Shown here piece after piece: positions 8,897 through 20,100 of a stretch of 64,000 bases of DNA; position 1 is the stretch's first letter; each line of letters starts with the position of its first letter. The position numbers and the translations under genes are program-made. A model generated the notes under the pieces. The model made no database searches, was not told the DNA's origin, and worked only from the letters and a program-made list of their open reading frames with translations. The stretch is from a virus (taxonomy: Duplodnaviria; Caudoviricetes): the IMG/VR virus record IMGVR_UViG_3300031746_000008, positions 1 through 64,000 of that record. One strand, written 5' to 3'.

Positions 8897-9676
8897 AGAA
8901 ATATACACAAGAAAAGAAGTAATAGAAATGATCAAAGAAAATTTTGATAATCCAGAATTATCAGATGGTGACATAGCAGAATACGCAAATGAAATATTAA
9001 TTTTCCCCGATAATTTTAAAGTTGTTAGTGATAGTATTTTTTCTTGTATAGAAAATTATTTATAAAGGGGTCAAAAATGAAAAATGATATCCCTATTTAT
9101 GAACAAGAGATTAGAAGAATAATTAAAAGATTAGATACGTGGATAAATGAAGTCTACACAGGGGGTTGCTCAACACAACACGCTGAACCAATGAAAACGC
9201 TGGCAAATAGATTGAGAAGATTATTAAATAAGAAAGAAAGAATCTATGGATTTAAAAAAAAATCGAATTCCATCATCGAGAATCTTTGAAAATATGGGTT
9301 TATGTTTTAGTCATAAAAAATTATATTACACACCAAATGGTTTTATAAAATGGACGCCACGGTGTTTTAAAAGATTAATTGTTAAAATATGGAACAAAAT
9401 TTCTTGTTTGATATTTGGACATTATTATTTCCAAGACAAAAGAGGCAAGGTTTGTGTAGATTGTATGAAAAGGAAAATTCACCATGGAAAATAAAAAACT
9501 AATTACTGTTATTGTAGAGGGCGGATGTATTCAAGAAATATTGGATATTCCAGATGATGTTAAAATAGAAGTTCGAGATTTTGATTGCGATGATCTTCCG
9601 GACCCCGATGATGAATATAATTGTGCAAGAGAAAATGAAGATGGGGATATTTACTGGGAAAGTATGTGGGAGAACA

Positions 9677-10171
9677 ATGATGTCTGACAGATTCGGTGTA
9701 GAAATTCAAATTGGTGGACAACTTCCGCTAGAAAAGGTACAATATTTAATTGACGCAATAAATTCAGAAGAAATGAGTTTGGGCTGGGGCGAATGTCCCA
9801 TTAGGTTAAAAACAAGGGAAGATTTAATCAATTGTCTCGCCTCTAAAGAATCACCCATTGTTTTAGTGGATGATGAAAGAGCGTGGGGAGATATTGATGG
9901 TTTAGAAGAAACTTGTAGAAATCTTAAATTAACTTTTAAAACATTTGTTGGGCCGAAGTACGAGTATAATGGGCAACTCAGGTATTATAGTCCTGTAACT
10001 GGTTTAATTGAATTAGAGTGCGACGTTGATTGCCGTCCAATAATAAAGAAAGAAGATTTACAAGAAATTTTATCTTCTCTAAATTTAGGAAGAACGGATG
10101 GGGCTATCAATAAAATTAAGGAATTTACAAGAGATTTTAGTGCTCCAAAATTTGAAATTACGGAGAAATAA
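9677..10171 (+). CDS. Hypothetical protein
   Basis: GGGAG RBS before MMSDRFGVEIQIGG; overlaps the upstream small acidic ORF 9484-9687. Confidence 0.6.
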   Translation: MMSDRFGVEIQIGGQLPLEKVQYLIDAINSEEMSLGWGECPIRLKTREDLINCLASKESPIVLVDDERAWGDIDGLEETCRNLKLTFKTFVGPKYEYNGQLRYYSPVTGLIELECDVDCRPIIKKEDLQEILSSLNLGRTDGAINKIKEFTRDFSAPKFEITEK

Positions 10172-10687
10172 GTGAAAGAAATATGGAAAGATATTCCCGA
10201 ATATGAAAAACTTTACCAAGCATCTGATTACGGAAATATTAAAGCCTATTTAAGAGAAGGGTCTCGTGGAAAAATTTTAAGGCCAGAAAAAATTAAAAAT
10301 GGCTATTTGCGAGTGAAATTATATAATAATAAAAGACCTAAAAGATTTCTTGTGCATAGACTTGTTCTCGAAACTTTTGTAGGCCCGTGTCCTCCTGGGA
10401 TGGAGTGCAGACATCTTAATGGCATTAGAACAGATAATAGACTGTGTAATTTAAAATGGGATACTCGTCAAAATAATATAGATGATCAAATCAAACACGG
10501 CACTAGATTTAATAAAGCGAGAGGATCAAAACACGGAAATGCAAAGTTGTTAGAATTAAACATACCAAAAATTAAAAAGTTGCACGAACAAGGATTTTCT
10601 CAAAGAAAAATAGCAAAAATTTTTAATGTTACACAAAGAGTGATTTGGGGAATAATCAATGACAATTCCTGGAAACATGTAAAATAA
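10172..10687 (+). CDS. NUMOD4-HNH homing endonuclease
   Basis: EIWKDIPEYEKLYQASDYG (NUMOD4), VHRLV..CRHLNG..DNRLCNL (HNH), C-terminal HTH. Confidence 0.9.
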   Translation: MKEIWKDIPEYEKLYQASDYGNIKAYLREGSRGKILRPEKIKNGYLRVKLYNNKRPKRFLVHRLVLETFVGPCPPGMECRHLNGIRTDNRLCNLKWDTRQNNIDDQIKHGTRFNKARGSKHGNAKLLELNIPKIKKLHEQGFSQRKIAKIFNVTQRVIWGIINDNSWKHVK

Positions 10688-10697
10688 GGAAAAACAA

Positions 10698-11186
10698 ATG
10701 ACCATTAGAAGAAAAATCCACGATTTATGGTATAGGTTTAAATGTAGACTTTTTCATCCGTACAATGTGGTTAAAATTAAATCGCTCCCTTGTACATGGA
10801 CAGATCGTGACCATATTCTTTCACACGCTATGTTCCAAATTTTAGACGACTTCATCGTTAAAGAAAAAATAGATGAAATTATAGATTGGCAAAGTGATGA
10901 AGACCACCGCAGGGCGCGAGCTAAAATGGATGAAATCATTAATTGGTGGAAAAATGTTTTTCTTAAATTTGATGAGTGGGAAGGAATTGAGTTGGATTTC
11001 ACAAAAAATCACGACGATATGTTTATACAATGTAAAGACAATCCTCATCTTTACGAAATGAAACCATGGTCGGATTCGGATAAAGAAAAAATGGATATTG
11101 TCAACGCAAGAAACCGGGCAATGGAAGAAGAACTCGAAAAGAAATTAAGGGAAATTCTTGATATTAGAAAATACATGTGGACATAA
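10698..11186 (+). CDS. Hypothetical phage protein
   Basis: AAGGA RBS; W-x-D-x-D...F-x-x-L-x-x-F pattern, ends KYMWT. Confidence 0.65.
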   Translation: MTIRRKIHDLWYRFKCRLFHPYNVVKIKSLPCTWTDRDHILSHAMFQILDDFIVKEKIDEIIDWQSDEDHRRARAKMDEIINWWKNVFLKFDEWEGIELDFTKNHDDMFIQCKDNPHLYEMKPWSDSDKEKMDIVNARNRAMEEELEKKLREILDIRKYMWT

Positions 11187-11493
11187 CACGAACAAAGAAA
11201 AGGCATTAGAAGAAAAAATAAAAAACCCAGATTTATTATGTGTCGGAGGATCGAATTTATACGGAACAGCAACTCCGGAAAGCGACAAAGACTTAAGGGG
11301 GTTTTTAGTTCCGCCATATGAATATTTAATAGGTTTATCAAATTTTGAACAATCTATAAAAAGAGAACCAGACACAATAAATAGACTTAGAGATTTGATA
11401 CAAGTTCTAGGAGGAGATCCTGGTGCAGACATTTTTACCAGTTCCCAGCTTTATGGAAACAGCAAAGATCTTGGACTGGAGAAGACTTTCTAA
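11158..11493 (+). pseudogene. Truncated Pol-beta-superfamily nucleotidyltransferase (RlaP/YcgL-like)
   Basis: GGSNLYGTATPESDKDLRG is the GS...DxD motif; ORF only about 100 aa, no good ATG. Confidence 0.6.
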
Positions 11494-11851
11494 GCAACGA
11501 GTAGAAGCACGCCAAATTCTAGACGGCTTTTTAAATCCAGTTAAAAACGGATGGAAAAATCACCCAGCTAGTCGTATGTGGACCGGACATCTTCCCGCCT
11601 TAGCACAATATATGAATTGTATGATCAAAGAATGGATAAATCGTGGATATAACAATACCATGAAACTATCTGATTTGCCCGACAAAAATATTGTGGTGTA
11701 TCCGTCGTGGCTTGGCACAGAAAAGTATCATTCTGCTTACCGAGCCATATTACTTGCGAAAAATTATGAATATTATAGTAAATTTGGATGGAGAGAGATT
11801 CCTAACATAGCAATCTGGCCATATCCGGTGGACAGACTTTCTAGGAGATAA
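11423..11851 (+). CDS. Pyrimidine-dimer DNA glycosylase-like (MSMEG_6728/DenV-related) protein
   Basis: MQTFLP..LD..RL.KQRVEA.QIL..W.NHPA..MW; AGGAGG/GGAG RBS. Confidence 0.8.
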   Translation: MQTFLPVPSFMETAKILDWRRLSKQRVEARQILDGFLNPVKNGWKNHPASRMWTGHLPALAQYMNCMIKEWINRGYNNTMKLSDLPDKNIVVYPSWLGTEKYHSAYRAILLAKNYEYYSKFGWREIPNIAIWPYPVDRLSRR

Positions 11852-11857
11852 ATATTT

Positions 11858-12457
11858 ATGATTAAAGATACGTGGGTGTCCGTGGATCTTGATTATTGGG
11901 CTCCTCTGTCCTGGAAAAGGGGCAAAAGAATAAGTTTTGACAGATTTTTAAAATCAATTCCAAACAATATTAGGTGTTTCTTAACTATAGAGCATCACGA
12001 GGTTCTTCACCCCCTGAGAAAAGCTGTTAAAGAAGGCGATCTGTCATTACCAATGAACATTATTCATGTCGATACTCACCATGATTACTATTTTAATATA
12101 GCTCGTGGTAAAAAAATCGACTGCGGTAATTTTATGTGGAAGATTCCCCAGAAATGGTACAAGCAATTCAAATGGTATCAACCACATTTTCCAGAAGAAT
12201 GGGATTGGGAAAAGGTTCAAAAAAAATTAAAAAATAAAACAAAAGTTTGTAATAAAAAACCAAAAATAAACTGGGGTCGAGTGGGATTAATAACTTTTAC
12301 ACTTTCTCCGGATTATTGTGAAGATCTTATAGCCAAAGCAGAAAGAATGATAAAAACTATTACTCAAAAATTTAATCTAGACAGAACAATAGAAAAAAGA
12401 GATGCAAAACCAGATAACAGAATCGACTCGTGGGGATATAAATTATTGAAGGGATAA
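11858..12457 (+). CDS. UPF0489-like (arginase/deacetylase fold) protein
   Basis: SVDLDY, EHHEV, HVDTHHD, DCGNF, SPDY motifs. Confidence 0.6.
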   Translation: MIKDTWVSVDLDYWAPLSWKRGKRISFDRFLKSIPNNIRCFLTIEHHEVLHPLRKAVKEGDLSLPMNIIHVDTHHDYYFNIARGKKIDCGNFMWKIPQKWYKQFKWYQPHFPEEWDWEKVQKKLKNKTKVCNKKPKINWGRVGLITFTLSPDYCEDLIAKAERMIKTITQKFNLDRTIEKRDAKPDNRIDSWGYKLLKG

Positions 12458-12460
12458 ACA

Positions 12461-12898
12461 ATGTCTTATATCCGTTGTACTTCAAATCCGGAAGGATTAT
12501 ATGTTTTTGAATCTACAGAAGGATTAGAATTTTCCACCGATGAAACCACTTCGGCAGACGATAGGATTCTGGTCGATCCCAAAGATTTTAAAAATTTTAT
12601 TAGAAAAATTCTAAAATTAGACAATTATATTACAGAAAAACCAATAAAACATAAAAATATTTCGATAAAAGAAGTAAGTGTTTCTATTCATAAAAAAACA
12701 GGAAAATTAAAAATATGGAATAAAGAGCCGTCTTTTAAAGTGATGTTTGGAACTTTAAAAAATAAGTCAAAATATAAATGGGATACCCTACACTGTTTAA
12801 CAATAAATGGAAAAAATATACTTCTTTACAAAGTTACGTGGGATTATTTTTATAATAGTTATTTAAATCAAGAGTTATTTAATCATAGGAGAGTATGA
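12461..12898 (+). CDS. Hypothetical protein
   Basis: 145-aa ORF in the operon-like run. Confidence 0.6.
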   Translation: MSYIRCTSNPEGLYVFESTEGLEFSTDETTSADDRILVDPKDFKNFIRKILKLDNYITEKPIKHKNISIKEVSVSIHKKTGKLKIWNKEPSFKVMFGTLKNKSKYKWDTLHCLTINGKNILLYKVTWDYFYNSYLNQELFNHRRV

Positions 12899-13111
12899 TG
12901 GAATTTTGTCTTAAATGTAGACAAAAGACAAATTATATAGAAGGTAATAAATTTAAAGAATGTGAATGTGGCACATACGGACAAGACCCATCAGAAATTG
13001 CAGGAGAAATTTTCTGCAACGATAATGTGATGGACCAATTGTGGGCGACCGCTAGAATACTTACCGAACAAGAAAAACGCATTCGTCTTTTGGAAAGACC
13101 GGAGGAGCAAT

Positions 13112-13363
13112 ATGACTAAAGAACAAGCAAATTTTTTTAAAGACGCACTAGATAATGACGACATATATCCTGTCGAAATACGAGACAACTATTCTGGAAG
13201 GGGAATGTATGGAAAAACCACCTTCGCCATCGTAACAGATAGTGTTTCTGATCTTATACCAGCCCTTTTGCGTCAGGCTCAGGAAGATCCAGAATCAATG
13301 CCAGATTTTTCAATTTTTAAATTAAGACAAGATAATATGGGACTTGGAGTTGTGTTGTATTAA
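13112..13363 (+). CDS. Conserved-looking hypothetical phage protein
   Basis: YSGRGMYG...DNMGLG motif; GGAGG RBS. Confidence 0.65.
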   Translation: MTKEQANFFKDALDNDDIYPVEIRDNYSGRGMYGKTTFAIVTDSVSDLIPALLRQAQEDPESMPDFSIFKLRQDNMGLGVVLY

Positions 13364-13899
13364 TTTGGAGTAATAAAATAATGTACGTATGGTCCTATTT
13401 TAAAAATAATAAATGCATACAAGCTGTTCCAGAAATAAAATCAAACCCATTAACTCCGATGCAAGTGGTGTTGCTAAAAACCAATGGAATAAAACGAATC
13501 CTTTGCGACGTTCCAGATAACTTTGATCCTACCGGGAAAGATGAAAAAGAGTTAAAAGAATATTTAAGATGAACGTCCGAATAATAAAAATTCCTCGAAT
13601 CATATAACAAATTATCGTATAATGTGATGTTAATGTTTTCTAAAGGAGAAATAGTATGTTGGCAGTATATAATGGAATAGACGAAGTGATCGTTATACAG
13701 TGTGATAAAAATAACAAACCAAACAGAAAAGAATTTAAAGATTATTTTGGCCCCGGCACCGGAAGAGATATAGACGAGTATGATCTAGAAATGAATCCTA
13801 AATCTGTTCATATACAACCAATGTTAAAGACACGATAAAAATATAAATATGGTGTAACGTAGTTGGTTTTCATTTACTTTTTTTAGAAGGAGTGATCCG

Positions 13900-14145
13900 A
13901 TGACAGAAGAGACGACTCAAATCAAAGACGTGAATCATGCTTATGAAGTGGTTGAAAGAAATCTTGAGGATGGGACAGTTACTTTGCGTATAAACAAGGG
14001 AATTCTGGGGGCACTCGGCAACCAACTCAAGTCCACGTCGGATAAGAAAAGAAAAGGAGCTTCAATTTTACGCAAATTGGGCTACGACCTAGCTGATGCG
14101 GGAGATTTTTTGTATAGTAAACAAAATCAAGGAAGTGTGATTTAA
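13900..14145 (+). CDS. Hypothetical protein
   Basis: AAGGAG RBS. Confidence 0.6.
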   Translation: MTEETTQIKDVNHAYEVVERNLEDGTVTLRINKGILGALGNQLKSTSDKKRKGASILRKLGYDLADAGDFLYSKQNQGSVI

Positions 14146-14148
14146 AGA

Positions 14149-14823
14149 ATGCTAGATTTAAAGGGAAAGAAATTTAATAAATTAACGGGAATCCAACCAA
14201 CCAAAAAGAGAAAAGATAATAAAATAGTTTGGTTGTGGAAATGCGATTGTGGCAAAGAGCACGAAGCCACGGGGAGAGATGTAAAAAGTGGGCATACAAA
14301 AAGCTGTGGCTGTCTAAACATAGAACGTGTAACCAATATGGGCAAGGCCAACAAGACACACGGACACGCCAGCGGAGGAAAATTATCAAAAACATACATG
14401 GTCTGGAGCAGTATGTTGAGAAGATGTAGAGACAAAAATCATAAAAGTTTTCCGATTTATGGGGGTAGGGGCATAACTGTTTGTAAAGAATGGCTCCCGG
14501 AAAACGATGGTTATAATAACTTTTTAAAAGATATGGGAAAATGCCCCAGGGGACATCAAATAGATAGAATAAATAATGATAAATTAATTAGAGGGTATTC
14601 TCCTGAAAATTGTCATTGGACAACATCCAAAATAAATAATAGAAACAGAAGAAGTAATCATCTAATCCCATTTAACGGGAAAGAATTAACTATAGTAGAG
14701 TGGTCAGAAATAACAGGTATCAATAAAAGAACTATTCTAAGACGAATAGCCGCCGGTTGGACTCCCGAAGAAGCCCTAACAATTCCACCAGACACCCGCC
14801 ATAATTGGAGAACTAAAAAATGA
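14149..14823 (+). CDS. Homing endonuclease-like protein, HNH family A
   Basis: DLKGKKFNKL..CDCG..SCGC..YGGRGI..IDRINN..NCHW. Confidence 0.8.
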   Translation: MLDLKGKKFNKLTGIQPTKKRKDNKIVWLWKCDCGKEHEATGRDVKSGHTKSCGCLNIERVTNMGKANKTHGHASGGKLSKTYMVWSSMLRRCRDKNHKSFPIYGGRGITVCKEWLPENDGYNNFLKDMGKCPRGHQIDRINNDKLIRGYSPENCHWTTSKINNRNRRSNHLIPFNGKELTIVEWSEITGINKRTILRRIAAGWTPEEALTIPPDTRHNWRTKK

Positions 14824-15584
14824 ATCACCAAGAAGCAAATGAGTTATTCTTAAAAAAGAGCAAAGGAAAAGAATTCCCAATAACCCAAGAGGACCAAATA
14901 GAAAAAAATACAGTTCAACTAGAAAAAAATGTTACCTTAGAAAAAGTCAATAAGTCTTTTATAATTAATTTATATTCTACACCAATAATTACCATACTAC
15001 CAAACGGATTATTCAGATTATCTACAAATGGACAATTAACAAATCTAACAAAATCACGAATGGAAAAATATAGTCCCATTAAATTAAAACAAATAGATGG
15101 CTGGTTTTGGATAATTGATAAAAAAGAAAAGATATTGTCTTTATATTATGAAAGAGTTTTAATAGATAAAAACGGTAAAATCCCAGTAAAAATAAGTGAA
15201 AAATCTATAATATTTAAACGATTAATTTTAATTTTAAATAAAATAATAGATCAATTATCAGATTATAAAATCAACAGTATTTTTGGAAAATCTTTTTCAA
15301 AAAATGAAACAAATAATTTAATAGAATTATTAAAATATTCTTCAAAAGATTTACGATCAATATATTTTAATTCTAATTACAATATAATTTTAAATATGGA
15401 TCAATTGATATATGATATGTTAAAATTTGGTAACATAAATCAATATGATTCATATAAAAATATATCAAATAATTTTAGATCTAAGGAAAGTTTCTTCAAA
15501 GCATATTTTATCCCATATGCATTAAATCAATTAAAGTTTGTCTTAAAACAAAATATAAAAGAAAAAGAGAAAATAGATGCTTGA
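14820..15584 (+). CDS. Hypothetical phage protein
   Basis: 254-aa ORF coupled (ATGA) to the upstream gene. Confidence 0.65.
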   Translation: MNHQEANELFLKKSKGKEFPITQEDQIEKNTVQLEKNVTLEKVNKSFIINLYSTPIITILPNGLFRLSTNGQLTNLTKSRMEKYSPIKLKQIDGWFWIIDKKEKILSLYYERVLIDKNGKIPVKISEKSIIFKRLILILNKIIDQLSDYKINSIFGKSFSKNETNNLIELLKYSSKDLRSIYFNSNYNIILNMDQLIYDMLKFGNINQYDSYKNISNNFRSKESFFKAYFIPYALNQLKFVLKQNIKEKEKIDA

Positions 15585-16048
15585 CAAAGAAATAAAGTGC
15601 GAGTTAAGGCGAATTCTGCGAAAAGCCGGTAGAGACCCGGAGATCATCAATCAGAAGCTCTCCTCTAAGCATGATAATGATGAGATTAGATTACTCTTAG
15701 AACATATATCTTTGGTTGTAGAATATCTATTATTTGATGCGCAGGCGAGTCGATCAGAGTTATTCGATTTAAAGAGATTAAATGAATACGGAGATAATTA
15801 TGGAGATGCCGGAAAATTTAATTGAAAAAGTAATTTGGGATCGACATATTACAAATGATACTTTGCGAGAATGTATTGCTCATCAAAAAATTTGTTTTGC
15901 TACAAGAAAATATTCTGCAAATGACCGGATATCCCGCGAAGAGTGGGAAGATAATATGCAGAGATCTCGTGAAGAAAATAAAATGGATAAAAAACGCGAC
16001 GATATTTTTAAACAGATATTTAATTAAAATAAATGGACAATATAATTT

Positions 16049-16690
16049 ATGAATAATTTAATTGGACAAAGATTCGGTAGATTATTAATTATAAAAAGAA
16101 TATTAACTATAACTAAAAGAAGATTAAGATGGTTGTGTAAGTGTGATTGTGGGAATCAAAAAATAATTCTTTCAGATTCCTTGAAAAGTGGCAAAACGAA
16201 AAGTTGTGGGTGTCTGCAAAAAGAAACAGCAAAGATATTTAGTACGAAACATGGTTTATATCAATTGAATATCTATAATTCATATCATAATATGAAACAA
16301 AGATGTAATAATCCAAATAATCATGCATACAAAGATTATGGCGGTCGTGGAATAAAAGTTTGCAAAAGATGGTCCGGCTCAAGGGGATTCTTAAATTTTC
16401 TAGAAGATATGGGACAACCTCCAACTAATAAATATCAGATAGATAGAATAAATAATAACAAAGGTTATTATAAACGAAATTGTAGATGGGTTGTTTCTAA
16501 AAACAATAACAGGAACAGAAGAGACAATCTTATAATTGAATATGATAATAAAAAACAATGTATGTCTGCTATGGCAGAAGAATATAATATGAATCCGCAT
16601 GTACTAAGAGACAGATTGTCTAGCGGTCAATCAATAGAAAAAGCTTTATTAACGCCTGTTAGAAAATATATTAAAAGGAAAAATAAATGA
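16049..16690 (+). CDS. Homing endonuclease-like protein, HNH family A
   Basis: LIGQRFGRL..CKCDCG..SCGC..DYGGRGI..IDRINN..NCRW. Confidence 0.8.
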   Translation: MNNLIGQRFGRLLIIKRILTITKRRLRWLCKCDCGNQKIILSDSLKSGKTKSCGCLQKETAKIFSTKHGLYQLNIYNSYHNMKQRCNNPNNHAYKDYGGRGIKVCKRWSGSRGFLNFLEDMGQPPTNKYQIDRINNNKGYYKRNCRWVVSKNNNRNRRDNLIIEYDNKKQCMSAMAEEYNMNPHVLRDRLSSGQSIEKALLTPVRKYIKRKNK

Positions 16691-18243
16691 CCAATAATAA
16701 TTTTCATACTGATCTCGTCGATTATTTATTGTCGGGCCACGCTTTGTTATCAATTGATACTTTTGAAAAATCAAGATGTATTGATCATATATCAAAATGC
16801 GCTAAAGAAATAAATAGAAAAATCTTTATATGGTCGGCGGCAACTTCGTGGGTAGATGAGAAAAACTGCAAAGTCGGGGGCACAACGGGCCAATTACCCC
16901 CAGAAGAAGTCATAAAATCTATAAATGAAATGCAAGAGAATTCAATTTTTATATTGAAGGAATTCTGTATATATTTACATCACGAAACATACAATTCATT
17001 TGATATGGCAATTTCGTGGCTAGAGGAAACAAGAGAAATTTTAAGTAATTCGTGTAAAACAATCATCTTCTTGGATTCAGCTTTCAAAGCCCCGAACTGT
17101 TTAAAAAATGATATAACTAACATTGACTTCCCTCTACCGCAAAAGAACGATATCGAAAATAATATAAAATTCATTTGCGAAGGCGTGAGCACAAAAGACG
17201 ACACCAAATTCGAACCCGCACAAGAACTATTGCCAGATATTGTAAAATCCTGTTGTGGGATGACGAACACCCAAATAATTGATCGTCTAGCTCTTTCAAT
17301 AAGAAAACACAAAGATTTTAATCAAGATGCTTTAAAAACTATCTTGTCAGAAAAGGCTTCGGTAATAAAAAAATCTGGAATATTGCAGTATATAGAACCC
17401 CCTCCAGGTGGATTGAATAACATTGGTGGATATGGTGCGCTTAAAAATCATCTAAAATTAGATAAACCATGTTTTTCCGATGAGGCAAGAGATTTTGGTA
17501 TTAGATATCCTCGTGGACTTATGTTGGTAGGAATTCCTGGCTGTGGAAAATCTTTGATTACAGTTGCAATTGGATCTGAATTTAACTTGCCATTAGTAAG
17601 TTTAGATATTGGGTCGATTATGTCACAATATGTAGGTAGTTCAGAAAGTAATATGCGAGAGGCGATTAAAATTATAGAAAGTGTTGCTCCGTGTGTACTT
17701 GTTTTGGACGAAATAGAGAAAGGATTGGCAGGCTCCGGCGACTTAGACGGTGGAGCAAGTCGGCGAGTATTTGGTACATTTTTGAAATGGCTTTCTGATA
17801 GAATAGCACCAGTTTATCTTGCGGCTACAGCAAATGATATTAATGGTATTCCCGTAGAATTTTTGCGAAGTGGTCGATTTGATTGTGTTTTTGCACTGGA
17901 TTTACCTAATGATCTTGAAAGAAAATCAATTTTTAATATTCATATATCAAAAAGAAAACGAGAACCATCAAATTATGATATGAAATCTTTAGTAGAAAAA
18001 ACAAATGGGTTTACGGGAAGTGATATTGAAAATAGTATTGAACTAGCATTGAAAATTGCTTTTTGTCAAAAAACAGAATTATCCCAGAGTCATTTAGAAA
18101 TAGCAATTGAATCTACAATTCCATTATCTAAACTTGAACCAGAAAGAATTCAGAAAACAAGAGAATGGGGACTAAAACATGCTCGTAATGCCAACAGTCC
18201 AACAGAAAGAATTGTAGATAAAAAAAGAAAGGTTTCGACGTAA
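16687..18243 (+). CDS. AAA+ ATPase, Ycf46-like (classical AAA clade)
   Basis: Degenerate N-terminal AAA module plus active module: GIPGCGKS, YVGSSE, VLDEIEK, ATAND, RSGRFD, GFTGSDI. Confidence 0.9.
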   Translation: MTNNNFHTDLVDYLLSGHALLSIDTFEKSRCIDHISKCAKEINRKIFIWSAATSWVDEKNCKVGGTTGQLPPEEVIKSINEMQENSIFILKEFCIYLHHETYNSFDMAISWLEETREILSNSCKTIIFLDSAFKAPNCLKNDITNIDFPLPQKNDIENNIKFICEGVSTKDDTKFEPAQELLPDIVKSCCGMTNTQIIDRLALSIRKHKDFNQDALKTILSEKASVIKKSGILQYIEPPPGGLNNIGGYGALKNHLKLDKPCFSDEARDFGIRYPRGLMLVGIPGCGKSLITVAIGSEFNLPLVSLDIGSIMSQYVGSSESNMREAIKIIESVAPCVLVLDEIEKGLAGSGDLDGGASRRVFGTFLKWLSDRIAPVYLAATANDINGIPVEFLRSGRFDCVFALDLPNDLERKSIFNIHISKRKREPSNYDMKSLVEKTNGFTGSDIENSIELALKIAFCQKTELSQSHLEIAIESTIPLSKLEPERIQKTREWGLKHARNANSPTERIVDKKRKVST

Positions 18244-18912
18244 ATGAATAGGTTCATAGATTTAACCGGACAAAGATTTGGAAAACTTATCGTGGATAAA
18301 TATATAGGTAAAAACAAATGGAGACATATCAGGTGGCTATGTTCGTGTGATTGTGGGAATAAATCCGAAATAAGCGGATGTAATTTATTGTCTGGTAAAA
18401 CTAAAAGCTGTGGATGTTTTGCGAAACAAATTAAAACAAAACATGGATACGCCAAGAGAAATAAAAAATTAAGAGTTTACCAAATATGGTGTGATATGAA
18501 GAAAAGATGTAATAATAAAAATGCTCAATTCTATAGAGACTATGGCGGCAGAAATATTAAGGTTTGTTATAGATGGGCAAATAAGAAAAATGGATTTCAG
18601 AATTTTCTAGAAGATATGGGTGAACCACCATCAACAAAACATCAAATTGACAGAATTAATAATAGTCTAGGATATTACAAAGAAAATTGTCGATGGGTTA
18701 CATCCAAAGAAAATAATAGAAACAGAAGAGATAATCGTGTGTTCAAATATAATAATAAAGATCAGTGCGTTTCAGCATTGGCCGAAAAATATAATATTAA
18801 AAGATCAACATTGTCATCAAGAATAAATAGAGATAAACTTTCAATAGAAGAAGCTTTAACAATTCCTATAAATAAACAACAGCGGAGAAAGAAAAATGCC
18901 AGAAGAAATTAA
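18244..18912 (+). CDS. Homing endonuclease-like protein, HNH family A
   Basis: DLTGQRFGKL..CSCDCG..SCGC..DYGGR..IDRINN..NCRW. Confidence 0.8.
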   Translation: MNRFIDLTGQRFGKLIVDKYIGKNKWRHIRWLCSCDCGNKSEISGCNLLSGKTKSCGCFAKQIKTKHGYAKRNKKLRVYQIWCDMKKRCNNKNAQFYRDYGGRNIKVCYRWANKKNGFQNFLEDMGEPPSTKHQIDRINNSLGYYKENCRWVTSKENNRNRRDNRVFKYNNKDQCVSALAEKYNIKRSTLSSRINRDKLSIEEALTIPINKQQRRKKNARRN

Positions 18913-19840
18913 ATTATTTGATCTTGGATGTTTAATAAATTTAAAAATCGGCTATTGGAGTGCTCGCAAAATGGTTTCACGAGCCGACTTAATAAGCGTT
19001 GGCCTTGATCCAGACGCATTGCCGAAAGATCTTGTGAACTATGGGCGCAAATTATTGGTTTCTAAAAATGAAATTCAAGCCATAAGCAAGGTCGAACAAC
19101 GTGCCCGTTCATATCTTGCAAAATATAGTGCTCCTTTTGAAGCGGCTAATTGTTTCTTCGTTCCAAATAAAATGATTCCAGATCTAGAACACAATCTTAA
19201 ATGTTTTAGAAAAGATTTTTTTGATGTAGTAGACAGCTTTATTTCTCGTTTTAATGACCTGAAAGACGAAGTAAAGAAACAGCACCCTGAATTTTTTGAA
19301 AAATGCTTAAGACAATTCTATCCGTCAACAGCAGAATCTTTGAGGTCAAGATTTTATTTTGAGTGGCATATGTTCACAATCAGTAATATTAATTCAATAC
19401 AACAAACCTCTTCTGAAGAAATTGAATTAAAAAGAGAAAAATTGCAGAAAGAAGCAAATAAGTTTGCAGAAAATTATATTCAAACTATGAGAAAAGAAGT
19501 TGTTGATTTTTGTACTTTGATGGAATGCAGAGTTAATGGAAAAATTTATGGTGATGAAAGTGATCCAAAACAGCTTACAGGAAGAAGTTTAGCATTTTTT
19601 AGAAAATATGTAACAAAATTCCGAAACATGAATATATTCGGCGACAACGAAATTGAAAAAATGCTTATCGAATTTCAAAACAACTATTTGGATCTCGGAG
19701 TTACATCAAAAAGTTTTGATAGCGCAGCAATGAAAACGGCAGTATCACTATCCTTGTCAAGCATCCGTAAACAAGCTTCTCTTGAAGAAGGCGAGGGTTC
19801 GCAGTTTATCAATTCCCTCAAGAGAAAGGTAATTATATGA
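18896..19840 (+). CDS. DUF3150-like helical protein
   Basis: L-x-IGYWSARK...LP-x-x-L-x-x-GRKLL N-terminus; position after the AAA ATPase; family recalled, not searched. Confidence 0.55.
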   Translation: MPEEIKLFDLGCLINLKIGYWSARKMVSRADLISVGLDPDALPKDLVNYGRKLLVSKNEIQAISKVEQRARSYLAKYSAPFEAANCFFVPNKMIPDLEHNLKCFRKDFFDVVDSFISRFNDLKDEVKKQHPEFFEKCLRQFYPSTAESLRSRFYFEWHMFTISNINSIQQTSSEEIELKREKLQKEANKFAENYIQTMRKEVVDFCTLMECRVNGKIYGDESDPKQLTGRSLAFFRKYVTKFRNMNIFGDNEIEKMLIEFQNNYLDLGVTSKSFDSAAMKTAVSLSLSSIRKQASLEEGEGSQFINSLKRKVII

Positions 19841-20100
19841 TAAAAAATAATGGAAAATATATATTAAATATAATTCATTATGATGACATAGGTTTAAATA
19901 AAGAAATTGAAAAAGTGGTTGGTGAAAAAAGTAATGGCTCTGGCGAATGTAATTTTAATGGTTTAATAGATTGTAGTGGAGCAAAATATATATTCTGGAA
20001 TTTTGAAACGTCAAAAAAAGCAGAAGATATTGTTGATAAATTAAAGAAAAATAAAGAATTAATAAAAAAACTTCACATTAGTATTGTCAAAGGAAAATAA

